The notes beneath the pieces were generated by a model, which searched no databases, was not told the DNA's origin, and saw only the letters and a program-made list of their open reading frames with translations. This document shows positions 18,522 through 29,100 of a stretch of 41,951 nt of DNA, in pieces. The stretch's first letter is position 1. Every line of letters begins with the position of its first letter. The stretch lies in sequence record DRR723986_6593; one strand, 5' to 3'. The position numbers and the translations under genes were made by a program.

Positions 18522-18543
18522 GAATTAATATTTTAGTAAAAAG

Positions 18544-20661
18544 TTATTCTCGAATAACTTTTACAACTGTTCTTCTGTTTTTTTGGTGTCCTGCGTTTTT
18601 GGCATTCCATCCTTTCATTTCTTTGATTTCTTCATCTGATACTTCAGGAGAAGATTCACCGTATCCTTTTGTTTGAATACGTGATTTGTCTATGCCTTTA
18701 TTCACTAAATAATCCCTAGCAACGTTAGCTCTAGCTTCAGACAGCCATGTGTTGTATAATGCATCACCTCTTGTGTCTGTATGTCCTCCTAATTCAATCA
18801 CCATTGTCGGATGATCTTTCATGATTTTTACCAACTTATTCAATTCATCAACTGAAACATTTCTTAAATCAGATTTATCAAAGTCAAAATAGATATTTCG
18901 TAATGTAAATGTTTCACCTTGTGTTGGAGGAAATAATTCAAAGTTCACCGTTTTTTCTGTATTCGCATCTTTCTTATTGCTTACTACATTTTGTGATGCA
19001 ATTGTATAAGCATCTTTCGATACAGTGAATGCATAAGACTCTCCCGCTTCCAAAATGACACTATAAGTTCCATCAGGGTTAGTGATTAATTCTTTAACCT
19101 TTTCGTTTGTTTTAGAATTGATAATAGATAAGTTAGATGAAATACCATTTTTGGTTTTACCATCAACTACTTTTCCTTTAACTACAAATGTTTTATTGTT
19201 GTTAGTGAAATTGTCCACTACATTGTTTTGGTTATCCGCTATTTCTTCATCATCCATTACGTCTGTTTCTAATAGCCTAGCTTCAGCCAATAACGGATCT
19301 TTACGATCTCCTAAGAAGGTAATTTGATAGATATCCTTTTCACCTAGACCATCAGCTCTATAAGAAGAATAGTAAGCATATCTTTCATTTCCTGTTACCA
19401 CAAAGTAAATGTCATCATCAGGAGTATTGATTGGGTATCCAATATTTTCAGGTTTAGACCATTCACCACTTTCAGCATCATAAACTGATTTAAAGATATC
19501 TAGTCCACCAATATTGTTGTGACCGTTTGATGAAAAATAAAGAGTTCTGTTATCTGGATGGAAGAATACACCTTTTTCTTCGTATTCAGTATTTATCGTT
19601 TCTCCAAGATTCTCGGCAACTCCCCATTCTTTTAATTCCTCATCCCAATATGAAACGTAAATATCGTGTTGACCAAAACCATCTGGCTTGTCAGATACAA
19701 AGAATAATGTTTTTTCATCAAAAGACAAACTTGCAGAAGATTCGTGGAATTCACTGTTAATATTATCTCCTATCGACTGAGGTTCTTCCCAAGATCCATC
19801 TGCTTTTTCTTTGGTGATAAAGATATCTCCATTTTTGCTGTTGATTCCCTTATAGATTAACAATGATTTACCATCAGGGGCTAACCCAACTGTGGCATCA
19901 TGTGATTCTGTATTCACTGGGTCTGAAACATTAGTAGATGTTGACCAATTTCCTCCAAAGCTTCTTTTAGAAACGTAAACATCCTCATAAAATAATCCTG
20001 ACTTATCTGTTTTTCCGCCTTTCGAGTCAGGTCTACGGCCTGTGAAAAATAACACTCTGTTATCTGCAGAAATTACCGGAGAAAACTCCGAATACTCTGT
20101 ATTGATTGAGTCTCCAAGATTATCTATCCAAACACGTACCGGGTTGGCTTTCATTTTCATCCCATTTCTGCATTCCTGAATTTTTTTTACGATAAACATT
20201 CGTTGTGCATCATCATTCGGTTTAATTTGGTCCTTAAATTCACCATAATATTTAATGGCCTCCTCAAAATTTCCATCCAATTGATAGGCCTGAGCTAAAT
20301 AAAATTTAATGTTTTCATCAACTTCAGGATTCACTTTATAAGCAAATTTAAGGTGTTCAAGACTGTTAAATTTTTGATTTGAATTGAGGTAGCATACACC
20401 AATTCTAAAATTTAAAATGGAACTATATGGGTTGAATTCTTGAGCTACCAAATAATGTTGAAGTGGTTCCGACAAGTCGTTTGAAGACCCATCAAAAAAC
20501 TTGTAGTCACCTAATTTAATTTCCTTGGTCGCTTTGTTGAATCCTTCTTTATCGCCTTCAAATAACCGCTTGTCAAATGGGATGTCTTTATCTTGCGATA
20601 TTGCAGTTTGTCCAACAAGTAGAGCAACTAATAAAACGATATTTTTAATATAGCTATTCAT
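18544..20661 (-). CDS. PorE-like protein: TPR + PD40 beta-propeller + carboxypeptidase-regulatory-like + OmpA peptidoglycan-binding domain (copy 2)
   Basis: Likely start ATG 20661 (MNSYIK), overlapping the upstream stop. PD40 repeats (NLGDSINTEYSEFSP, LFFVSDKPDGFGQHDIY, LYFSSNGH..IGGLDIF); OmpA NIYFDFDK, IELGGHTD, LSEARA, GYGES and NRRT. Confidence 0.88.
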   Translation of the reverse strand: MNSYIKNIVLLVALLVGQTAISQDKDIPFDKRLFEGDKEGFNKATKEIKLGDYKFFDGSSNDLSEPLQHYLVAQEFNPYSSILNFRIGVCYLNSNQKFNSLEHLKFAYKVNPEVDENIKFYLAQAYQLDGNFEEAIKYYGEFKDQIKPNDDAQRMFIVKKIQECRNGMKMKANPVRVWIDNLGDSINTEYSEFSPVISADNRVLFFTGRRPDSKGGKTDKSGLFYEDVYVSKRSFGGNWSTSTNVSDPVNTESHDATVGLAPDGKSLLIYKGINSKNGDIFITKEKADGSWEEPQSIGDNINSEFHESSASLSFDEKTLFFVSDKPDGFGQHDIYVSYWDEELKEWGVAENLGETINTEYEEKGVFFHPDNRTLYFSSNGHNNIGGLDIFKSVYDAESGEWSKPENIGYPINTPDDDIYFVVTGNERYAYYSSYRADGLGEKDIYQITFLGDRKDPLLAEARLLETDVMDDEEIADNQNNVVDNFTNNNKTFVVKGKVVDGKTKNGISSNLSIINSKTNEKVKELITNPDGTYSVILEAGESYAFTVSKDAYTIASQNVVSNKKDANTEKTVNFELFPPTQGETFTLRNIYFDFDKSDLRNVSVDELNKLVKIMKDHPTMVIELGGHTDTRGDALYNTWLSEARANVARDYLVNKGIDKSRIQTKGYGESSPEVSDEEIKEMKGWNAKNAGHQKNRRTVVKVIRE

Positions 20662-21688
20662 TACAAGTGGCACTGTTTAAGTATTCTTCGGCTTTCTCCG
20701 ACCCTAAAATAAAGGCTTGTTCCCAATCAGAGCATGCTTCAGCTACATTACGCAGCATTTCGTTAGCAATTCCTCTATTGAAATAAGCCTCCATCATTTC
20801 ATTTTCAATGTCCAAAGCCTTGTTGCATTTATCTAAGGCTGATTCAAAATTATCCTGCTCTAAAAATATCGCTGCTTGATTAACGAGAATCACTGGGTTG
20901 TCAGCGTCTAAACTTTCAGCCTCATTGAAAACCGTTGCTGCTTCATCAATTTGACCAGTAGAATGCAGATAGTTCCCTTTTAAAATTAGCAGATTCACTT
21001 TTTCACTGTGATTAGCATTTTCTGCCGCTTTTGACATATAATCAAGCGCAGCAGTTGAATCCCCTTGCTCTAAAGCAACATTTGCTAAGTTTGATAAAAT
21101 GACAGCAGACTTTGGTTTAATGGTTAAGGCTTTTTCAAAATCTGCTCTAGATTTATCTAGCTCTACCATATTGTAATATGCACTGCCTCTAGCGTTTAAT
21201 GCTGACACACTATTCGGGTTTGCAGCAATAAATTTGTTCAAATTTTCAATGGCATCCCCATATTCTTCGTTCTTAGCCTGACTTTTACCTAAGTACAATA
21301 AATCCGTATTATCGTTAGAACCTAATTCAATTCCCTTTTGTAGGTAATAAGCCGCACTGTCGTAACTGTGGGTCTTGTAAAAACACTTGCCCAATTGACT
21401 GTAAATTGGGGCTTGAAATGGGTTGTTTGAAAAAGCACTCTTTGCATTTGACAATGCAGAAATGTAATCTTTCTCGCCGAATTTAATGTTTGATATACTC
21501 AGGTACGCTTCAGCATACCTTGGCTCGGCCTTAACGCACTCTTCAAAGAGATTCAACGCCTCAGAAGTATTACCATTTTTATATTCTTTTAACGCCTTGT
21601 TGTAGAGCTTTTTAGATTCAGACGAATATTTCGTCTGGCTAATCCCTACTAAAGGCAAGAACATCAATATGATAAGTAATCTTCTCAT
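20654..21688 (-). CDS. Exported tetratricopeptide-repeat protein (copy 2)
   Basis: Likely start ATG 21688 (MRRLL), signal peptide GIS/Q; successive 34-aa TPR units; C-terminal ACSDWEQAFILGS. Confidence 0.87.
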   Translation of the reverse strand: MRRLLIILMFLPLVGISQTKYSSESKKLYNKALKEYKNGNTSEALNLFEECVKAEPRYAEAYLSISNIKFGEKDYISALSNAKSAFSNNPFQAPIYSQLGKCFYKTHSYDSAAYYLQKGIELGSNDNTDLLYLGKSQAKNEEYGDAIENLNKFIAANPNSVSALNARGSAYYNMVELDKSRADFEKALTIKPKSAVILSNLANVALEQGDSTAALDYMSKAAENANHSEKVNLLILKGNYLHSTGQIDEAATVFNEAESLDADNPVILVNQAAIFLEQDNFESALDKCNKALDIENEMMEAYFNRGIANEMLRNVAEACSDWEQAFILGSEKAEEYLNSATCNE

Positions 21689-21708
21689 GAGCAATTAAAT
21701 AATAAGTG

Positions 21709-21716
21709 CGAATTTA
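21709..21716 (-). promoter_or_regulatory. Possible internal -7 element for the second TPR/PorE-like module
   Basis: Minus-strand TAAATTCG (one mismatch to TAnnTTTG), 20 nt upstream of ATG 21688. Confidence 0.4.
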
Positions 21717-21771
21717 ATATTTTCTCGCATAAAAGCTTTAAAATAATCGACTAGACTGCATTTTTTTTTGA

Positions 21772-23862
21772 TTAAATACTCAAGATCTTAAATTCAGTTC
21801 TTCTGTTTTGTTGATGAGCATCTTCTTTTTCAGTTTTAGATTTCATCCTAGATATTTCTTCATCACTGATCAAAGGTTTGGATTCTCCATATCCAGCGAA
21901 CTCTAGTCTCGATTTGTCAATGCCGTGAGAAATTAAATAGTCCACCACTGATTTTGCTCGATTCTGAGATAAGACCTGGTTGTCTGTTACTGATCCACGC
22001 GTATCTGTGTGCCCTGCCAATTCTATTCTCATTGTAGGGTTTTCATTCAGTAATGCAATTAACCTTTCTAATTCGTTAATAGATGCATCTCTCAATGAAT
22101 ATTTTGCATAATCATAGAAGATATTTCTGAGTACAATTGTTTGACCAACTTCGACTTTTTTCAAATCAACATCCTTTTTGTACTGCTTAAATCCACTAGC
22201 TTCAGGAATAACAAAATTCTCAGAGTGGAATAAATAGCCGTCCTTCTTTACAGCAATTCCATAGTTTTTACCTGCCGGAAGAGAAACCAAGTATTTTCCA
22301 GTTTTACTATCACTCATGAATTCTGCAATGATTTCATTTTTATCGTTATCAACCAGAACTACTTGAGCCTGTAATGGTTGTTTGGTTTTTTCGTCTCTTA
22401 TAATTCCAGTTAGAATAGCCATATTTGAACCTTCAACTACTAATTCTGGCTCTTTAATTTTTTCTTTAATCGGTTTAGCTATTGAGGCGATTAGATTGTC
22501 CTCATTCGAAAGCATTGGCGGTTTTTCAGGACCTAAAAATGTAATTAGGTAAATGTCTTTTTCACCGTATCCACCCTGTCTATACGAAGATGCATAACCA
22601 TATCTTCCGTTACCTGCAACAACTAACTGAACGTCATGATCAGGAGTGTTTAGAGGTGGTCCTAAGTTTACTGGTTTTTGCCATTCACCGTCAACAAGTT
22701 TCGAATAAAATAAATCCAATCCACCCATTGTATTGTGTCCGGTTGAAGAAAAATACATGGTTTCTCCATCAGGGTGGATAAATACAGATCTTTCTTCATA
22801 AGGTGTATTCAATACATTCCCAATGTTTACTGCTTCACCCCATTTTTCTTTTTCTTCGTTCCAATCGGCATAATAGATGTCGTGCATTCCAAATCCTGAT
22901 GGTCTATTTGAAGTAAAGTACAGACGCTTACCATCAAATGAAAGTGAGGCATCAGGTTCGTGTGCATCCGTATTGATCGTTTTTCCTAGCTGCTCTGGTT
23001 TAGACCAAGAGCCATCTTCGTCTGACGAGATGTAGATATCCCCATTTCCTTTTTTATCATTGTAAATGAACAAGGTGTGGCCATCAGGCGAAAGTCCGAT
23101 CGTTGCATCATGTTGACCTTGAACATTCAATGGTTTACCCATGCTCACTGATTTTGACCATTCTCCATTTACGCGTTTCGACTCGTACAGGTCTTCAAAA
23201 TATGCCCCGTCAGGAGATAGATCCTCGGATCCAGGTCTTCTTGCTGTGAATACCATAATAGCCTCATCTGCCGAAATTACGGGACCGTAATCAGGATACT
23301 TTGTGTTAATGTTTTCTCCTAAATTATCAATCCAAACTCTAGCTTTTTTATCAGCTAATTCTTGACCGTTTTTACATTCTTGCACCTTTTTAAACGCTGC
23401 TGTCTTCAAGGGTTGCAGTTCTGGAGCAGTTGCTTTTCCTGCAAATTGATTATAATAATCAATTGCTTTTTGCCACTCACCTTCAATGTGGTAAGATATT
23501 CCTATGTAAAAAAGAATATCGTTAGATACGGTTGGTTTCAAGCTATATGCCTTCTCAAAGTAGGGTTTCATTTTGTACTTGTCAAAGTTGAAATAGCACA
23601 TTCCAATTTTATAATTCAATTCTGAACTGTTAGGATTGAATTCATTGGCTTGAAGATATTCGGCCACGGCTTTTCTATAATCAACGGAATATGCCATAAA
23701 ATAAGCATCTCCCTCTTGTAAGTGTTTTTCGGCCTCTTTAAATTGGTCTTTTTGTTCTTTGAATAGTTTTTTATCAAATGGCGTTTCTACTTGTGAGTAA
23801 ACTGATGCTGCTAAGAAGAATACAGCCAAAGTAAGTCCTAAATTTTTCATTCTAATTCTCAT
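21772..23862 (-). CDS. PorE-like protein: TPR + PD40 + carboxypeptidase-regulatory-like + OmpA (copy 1)
   Basis: TAATG-coupled to the upstream TPR gene (alternative start 23850); signal peptide VYS/Q; PD40 repeats; OmpA NIFYDY, IELAGHTD, LSQNRA, GYGES and NRRTEF. Confidence 0.9.
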   Translation of the reverse strand: MRIRMKNLGLTLAVFFLAASVYSQVETPFDKKLFKEQKDQFKEAEKHLQEGDAYFMAYSVDYRKAVAEYLQANEFNPNSSELNYKIGMCYFNFDKYKMKPYFEKAYSLKPTVSNDILFYIGISYHIEGEWQKAIDYYNQFAGKATAPELQPLKTAAFKKVQECKNGQELADKKARVWIDNLGENINTKYPDYGPVISADEAIMVFTARRPGSEDLSPDGAYFEDLYESKRVNGEWSKSVSMGKPLNVQGQHDATIGLSPDGHTLFIYNDKKGNGDIYISSDEDGSWSKPEQLGKTINTDAHEPDASLSFDGKRLYFTSNRPSGFGMHDIYYADWNEEKEKWGEAVNIGNVLNTPYEERSVFIHPDGETMYFSSTGHNTMGGLDLFYSKLVDGEWQKPVNLGPPLNTPDHDVQLVVAGNGRYGYASSYRQGGYGEKDIYLITFLGPEKPPMLSNEDNLIASIAKPIKEKIKEPELVVEGSNMAILTGIIRDEKTKQPLQAQVVLVDNDKNEIIAEFMSDSKTGKYLVSLPAGKNYGIAVKKDGYLFHSENFVIPEASGFKQYKKDVDLKKVEVGQTIVLRNIFYDYAKYSLRDASINELERLIALLNENPTMRIELAGHTDTRGSVTDNQVLSQNRAKSVVDYLISHGIDKSRLEFAGYGESKPLISDEEISRMKSKTEKEDAHQQNRRTEFKILSI

Positions 23863-24962
23863 TATTTGTCTGTATTACAAGCTGGTCCATTAACATAATT
23901 TTCTGCGTTTTCCGACCCTAAAATAAATGCGTCCTCCCAGTCGGCGCAGGCTCCTTTTAAATCCTTCAACATTTCTTTGGCAATTCCTCTGTTTACAAAA
24001 GCTTCCATATACTCTGGTTCAAGCTCAAGCGCTTTATTGCAGTTTGAAACCGCTTCAGTATAGTTTTCCATTTTAATGAATACTGAAGCTTTGTTGTTGT
24101 AAGCATATGCGTATTTAGAATTGATTTCAATGGCTTTAGAATAATCACTCAAAGCTTCCTTATAATCTCCCTTTTCAAATCGAGCTGTTCCCCTGTTGTT
24201 ATAAGCCACGTAATACTTCGGGTCTCTTTTGAGCGCTTCAGTATAGTATTTTTCGGCGTTGGCAAAGTCTTTTTTTGCTTTGTAAGCTGAGCCTAAATTG
24301 TTATACGCGAAACTCAGGTAATTATCAAACTTGACAGCGTTTTTATAATCACTAATTGCACCATCTATATCTTCTATTTGCATTTTTGCTGAACCTCTGT
24401 CATTGTAGGCATAAGCGTAATCTGATTTCCTTTTTATCGCTTCATCAAATGATTTAATGGCCAATTCATACTGTTCCATCTGAAATTCAGCAACTCCTTT
24501 AAAATAAGGGTACTTTTCATCAGATTTATTTAAATCTGATGCCTGATCAAATGCTTTAGCTGAATTCTCGTAGTCCCCTTGATCCATATAACATTTTCCT
24601 TTGAAATAAGCGGCCTCATGAATGTTCGGGTCAATTAAAACTGTTTTGTTAAAATCTTTGATGGCCTCATCAAATTTTTCTAAACCTTGAAACGCTTGTC
24701 CGCGGTAAAAGTAGGCGTCAACGTACATTTCGTCCATCAAAATCACTTCTGTGAACAACTGAACTGCCTCCATGTATTTGTTAGCTGTGAATGCTGTAAC
24801 TCCAGAATTATATTTCTTCTGAAGGACTGGGTTTACAAGTCCCAAAGAGTCCATTGTTGATTGATCAACCTCAGATCCGCCAAGCGCTGTAGAATCTTGC
24901 TGAGCATGAGATGCCAACCCTGTCAATATTAAAGACAAGGCAATCGTAATTTTTTTCACCAT
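23862..24962 (-). CDS. Exported tetratricopeptide-repeat protein (copy 1)
   Basis: Signal peptide SHA/Q; many canonical TPRs (YAYAYNDRG, AYNNLG, AYNNRG); C-terminal ACADWEDAFILGS. Confidence 0.9.
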   Translation of the reverse strand: MVKKITIALSLILTGLASHAQQDSTALGGSEVDQSTMDSLGLVNPVLQKKYNSGVTAFTANKYMEAVQLFTEVILMDEMYVDAYFYRGQAFQGLEKFDEAIKDFNKTVLIDPNIHEAAYFKGKCYMDQGDYENSAKAFDQASDLNKSDEKYPYFKGVAEFQMEQYELAIKSFDEAIKRKSDYAYAYNDRGSAKMQIEDIDGAISDYKNAVKFDNYLSFAYNNLGSAYKAKKDFANAEKYYTEALKRDPKYYVAYNNRGTARFEKGDYKEALSDYSKAIEINSKYAYAYNNKASVFIKMENYTEAVSNCNKALELEPEYMEAFVNRGIAKEMLKDLKGACADWEDAFILGSENAENYVNGPACNTDK

Positions 24963-25036
24963 AATTTAAGCGTAATAGTCACTGCTAATTTATACTTTTA
25001 ATAGGTATATTGCAATTTTCGTACTAAAAATCACTC

Positions 25037-26128
25037 ATGGCTAAACAAAAGACTCTTTTAAATAAATCAAGTAATCAATTTTTAGAAAAATATTTAAATA
25101 ATCCTTCACCAACAGGTTTTGAAAAAGAAGGGCAAAAGATATGGCTCAAATATATGAAGCCTTATATAGATGATTATTGGGTTGATAATTACGGATCTGT
25201 TGTTGGAATCATTAACCCTAAAGCAAAGTACAAAGTGGTTATTGAAGCTCATGCAGATGAAATTTCTTGGTTCGTTCATTATATCACACCAGAAGGGTTT
25301 ATTTACTTAAGAAGAAATGGCGGTTCAGATCATCAAATTGCCCCTTCAAAAAGAGTTAATATCCATACGGATAATGGAATTGTGAAAGCTGTTTTTGGAT
25401 GGCCTGCTATTCATACTAGAAGAGGTGCTAAAGAACAGGCACCCACTTTAAAGAATATTTTTCTAGATGTTGGATGTTCAACGAAAGAAGAGGTTGAAGA
25501 ATTGGGTGTTCATGTTGGATGCGTAATCACTTATGAGGATGAATTTATGATTCTCAATAAAAACAATTATGTAGGTAGAGCATTAGATAATAGAATTGGA
25601 GGATTCATGATTGCTGAAGTGGCTAGATTGTTAAAAGAAAATAATGTCAAGTTGCCTTTTGGATTGTATATCACGAATTCGGTGCAAGAAGAGGTTGGAT
25701 TAAGAGGTGCGCAAATGATTGCAGAAAAAATTCAACCAGACGTGGCGATTGTTACAGATGTTTGTCATGATACCAGTACTCCAATGATTGATAAGATTGT
25801 ACAGGGAGATTTAAAATCTGGATTAGGACCGGTTTTAACTTATGGACCTGCCGTGCAAAATAATTTATTAGATCTGGTAATTGCTGCTGCAACCAAAAGT
25901 AATATTCCTTTTCAACGTGCTGCGGCATCTAGGTCAACCGGCACAGATACGGATGCTTTCGCATATTCAAATGCCGGAGTACCTTCGGTGCTCATTTCAA
26001 CTCCTCTTCGTTATATGCATACCACAGTTGAAATGGCACATAAATCAGATGTAGAAAACGGAATTCGATTAATCTATGAAAGCCTCCTTCAAATTAAAAA
26101 CGGGCATGATTTTAGATATTTTAAATAG
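25037..26128 (+). CDS. M42 family metallo-aminopeptidase
   Basis: PSPTGFE, EAHADEI, ALDNRIG, VQEEVGLRGA, VTDV, TGTDTD and PLRYMHT carry the metal ligands. Confidence 0.93.
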   Translation: MAKQKTLLNKSSNQFLEKYLNNPSPTGFEKEGQKIWLKYMKPYIDDYWVDNYGSVVGIINPKAKYKVVIEAHADEISWFVHYITPEGFIYLRRNGGSDHQIAPSKRVNIHTDNGIVKAVFGWPAIHTRRGAKEQAPTLKNIFLDVGCSTKEEVEELGVHVGCVITYEDEFMILNKNNYVGRALDNRIGGFMIAEVARLLKENNVKLPFGLYITNSVQEEVGLRGAQMIAEKIQPDVAIVTDVCHDTSTPMIDKIVQGDLKSGLGPVLTYGPAVQNNLLDLVIAAATKSNIPFQRAAASRSTGTDTDAFAYSNAGVPSVLISTPLRYMHTTVEMAHKSDVENGIRLIYESLLQIKNGHDFRYFK

Positions 26129-26131
26129 CTA

Positions 26132-29100
26132 ATGAACAAATCTTTATTGCTCATATGTCTATTTTTTGTGGCGCACATTTCTCTTGCAGATGTTAAGCCA
26201 GAAGTTGTCTTAACAACGGGTCATTCTGATCAAATTAATGCTATGGTTACCAGCCCCAACGGCAGGTTTTTAGCTTCATCAGGAAATAATAAAATCATAA
26301 AAATATGGGAGATTGCCACCACCCAAGAATATCGAACTTTATCAGGGTATGATGGCAGAATGAATGAGATAATATTTAGCATGGATAATCGGCATTTAGC
26401 TGGCTTGTCTGATCAAGGAGAATTAATAGTTTGGGATGTATTATCTGGAGAAGAAAAATTTAAGTTAAATACAAGCACATCTTCGTTACAAGGCCTTGGG
26501 TTTTCAAAAGATGGTAAAAAGGTTTATCACGCTGGAGAGCGCAATACACTATCAGTATCAGTCTTAGCCACTGGTCAAACAACCTCGACAGAAATGTATT
26601 CAACGGCAATGGTGCTTGATACGAATAAACAGATTATTTACTCCTTAGATCACTTAGGTAAACTCAACTACTTTAACGTTGAATCTGAGTCATTTGTGAA
26701 AGAAGTGCAATTGTTCAAAGAGTTCAATTATCCTTTTTCCGGTATAGAGGTTTCTCCAGACGGTAAATATTTGGCATGTGGGTTCAATGATGATAAATTG
26801 AGGATTTATGATACGGACAAGCATCAGTTTGTTTATGTTTCGTCAAAGTTTGGTTCTAAAATTCAAGACATTGTTTTCGACCCTAGAAAACCTTATTTAT
26901 ACATTTCGGATGCTACAGGCTTAGTTACTGTTTTTGATTATAAGAAACAGAAATTGCTTCAAGAACATCAATCAGAAACGTTCACCGCTCAGTGTATTAC
27001 AGCTCATCCTGTTGGTGAGGTAGTTATTCTAGCCAACTTCGCAAGTATTAATTTCTATGATGTAAAGCGTAAAAAAGTATTCAAACAACTGAGTGGGAAA
27101 ACGACCAGAATCAGTTGGGTGGCACATAATCCTCAAAAAGAATACCTGGCTGTGGCCACGGATGATGTTAATATCCAGCTATGGGATTTAAAATTGAATA
27201 AGGTTGTTGAAAAATTCAGAGGATTTAAACCATGTGAATTTAGTTCTGATGGAAGGTTCTTGTTTTATCAAAACAGTCAGCTTGAAATTGGGATTTACGA
27301 TATAGATAAAGGAGTTGAAGTTCAAAGTTTAAAAACGAATTATCAACTGCAAATGTCTATGGCTGTTTCAGATGATGGGAAATATCTTGCAGGAGGTGGG
27401 TTGTCCACAGGAATTAATATCTGGGATTTAGAGAAAAACAAGTCGATAGGAATGTTAACAGGACATGCTGGAATTGTGACTTCTGTTCATTTTCATCCCA
27501 CCTTGCCTCTGCTAGTCTCAACTTCTTATGATCAAACTACACGAATTTGGGATATCAAAACCATGAAGGAAATTCAACGTTTTGAAGATCAAAAAATCTG
27601 CGTTTCAGAAGGAAAATTTTCTCCTGATGGCAAACTGTTAGCAACGGCAGCCTGGGACAAGACTATTTACATTCGAAATGTTGCAGATTGGACAACTAAG
27701 TATGTTCTTGAAGGTCATAAAAACATGATTAACTCTCTAGACTTCAATCAAGAAAGTTCCATTTTGGCCTCCGCAGCAGGCAATAACGCAGTTGCAGAAT
27801 TTGACAATTCGGTAATCACTTGGAATATGGCAACGGGAGAGCAATATTGTCAAATGAATGACCATAAAACCGCCTTGACTAAATTGATTTTTGATCAAAA
27901 TAATGGTCGGATTTATTCATCTTCAGAAGACGGAGAAATAAAAATTACTGAACCTAAAACGTGTGAAGTTGTTGCGACTTATGTTGGTACAACTGAAAAT
28001 GAATTCGCAATTTATACCCCAGACAATTATTACATGTCTTCTAGAAAGGCTCTTCAGGGAATGGCATTCAGATTAAACAACCGTTTGGTTGCTTTTGAAC
28101 AATTTGATATTTATTTGAACCGTCCTGATATCGTTGCCGAAAGGCTAGGGAAATCTTCTAGTCAGGTTATAAAAGCTTATAACTACTTGTTTAAAAAACG
28201 TCTTCGTAAATTGAATATTGAAGAAGGTGATCTCCAAATTGATTATGCAATTCCTAACATTTTGATTGAAACAAAACCTGAGTTGGTGACTGCGGAGCCT
28301 ATTCAAAAAATCTGGATTTCTGCTTGGGATGAAAAATATCACATACAGCAAATCAACGTTTTTGTAAATGATGTCCCCATTTTCGGTGAAGATGGATATC
28401 GACCAAATGGGAATGTGAAGTCACTTAAAAAAGAATTTGAAATCCCGCTGGTTGAACAAAACAATAGAATTCAATTTTCATGTGTTAACTCAAACGGTAC
28501 TGAATCTCTGTATGAAACTGTTGATGTTATTCGAGAAGGATCTGATGAAAAACACGACTTGTATATTGTGTCAATTGGCGTGTCTAACTATCAGGATAAC
28601 CGTTTTAATTTGACCTATCCGACTAAGGATGCCACGGATGTAATTGAAAAGTTGTCAGGAAGTACAATGGGTTATGGAAATGTTTATAAAAAATTATTGC
28701 TCGATTCGGACGTGACAGTTACTAATTTTAGAGAACTTTCAGATTTCTTTAAAGATTGTTCTCATGAGGATTTAGCCATAATTTTTATTGCCGGACATGG
28801 GGTACTTGACGCGAATTTCGACTATTATTACGGGACCTATGATATGGATTTTAATGAACCAGATAAAAAGGGATTAGCTTATGATCAAATTCATTCACTG
28901 CTCAATTCAATAAAGGCATATAAAAAGTTGTTGATTATGGATACATGTCATTCTGGAGAATTAGATAAAGAAGAAATTGAAGAAGGTCCTGCTCCTGAGC
29001 TTATTGAAGGAGATATTCAATTTAGGTCAGCAGGGGCTGGTGTAGCTAAAAAATCCGGGATGGGATTCGATAATTCAATATCATTGGTGCAAGATATTTT

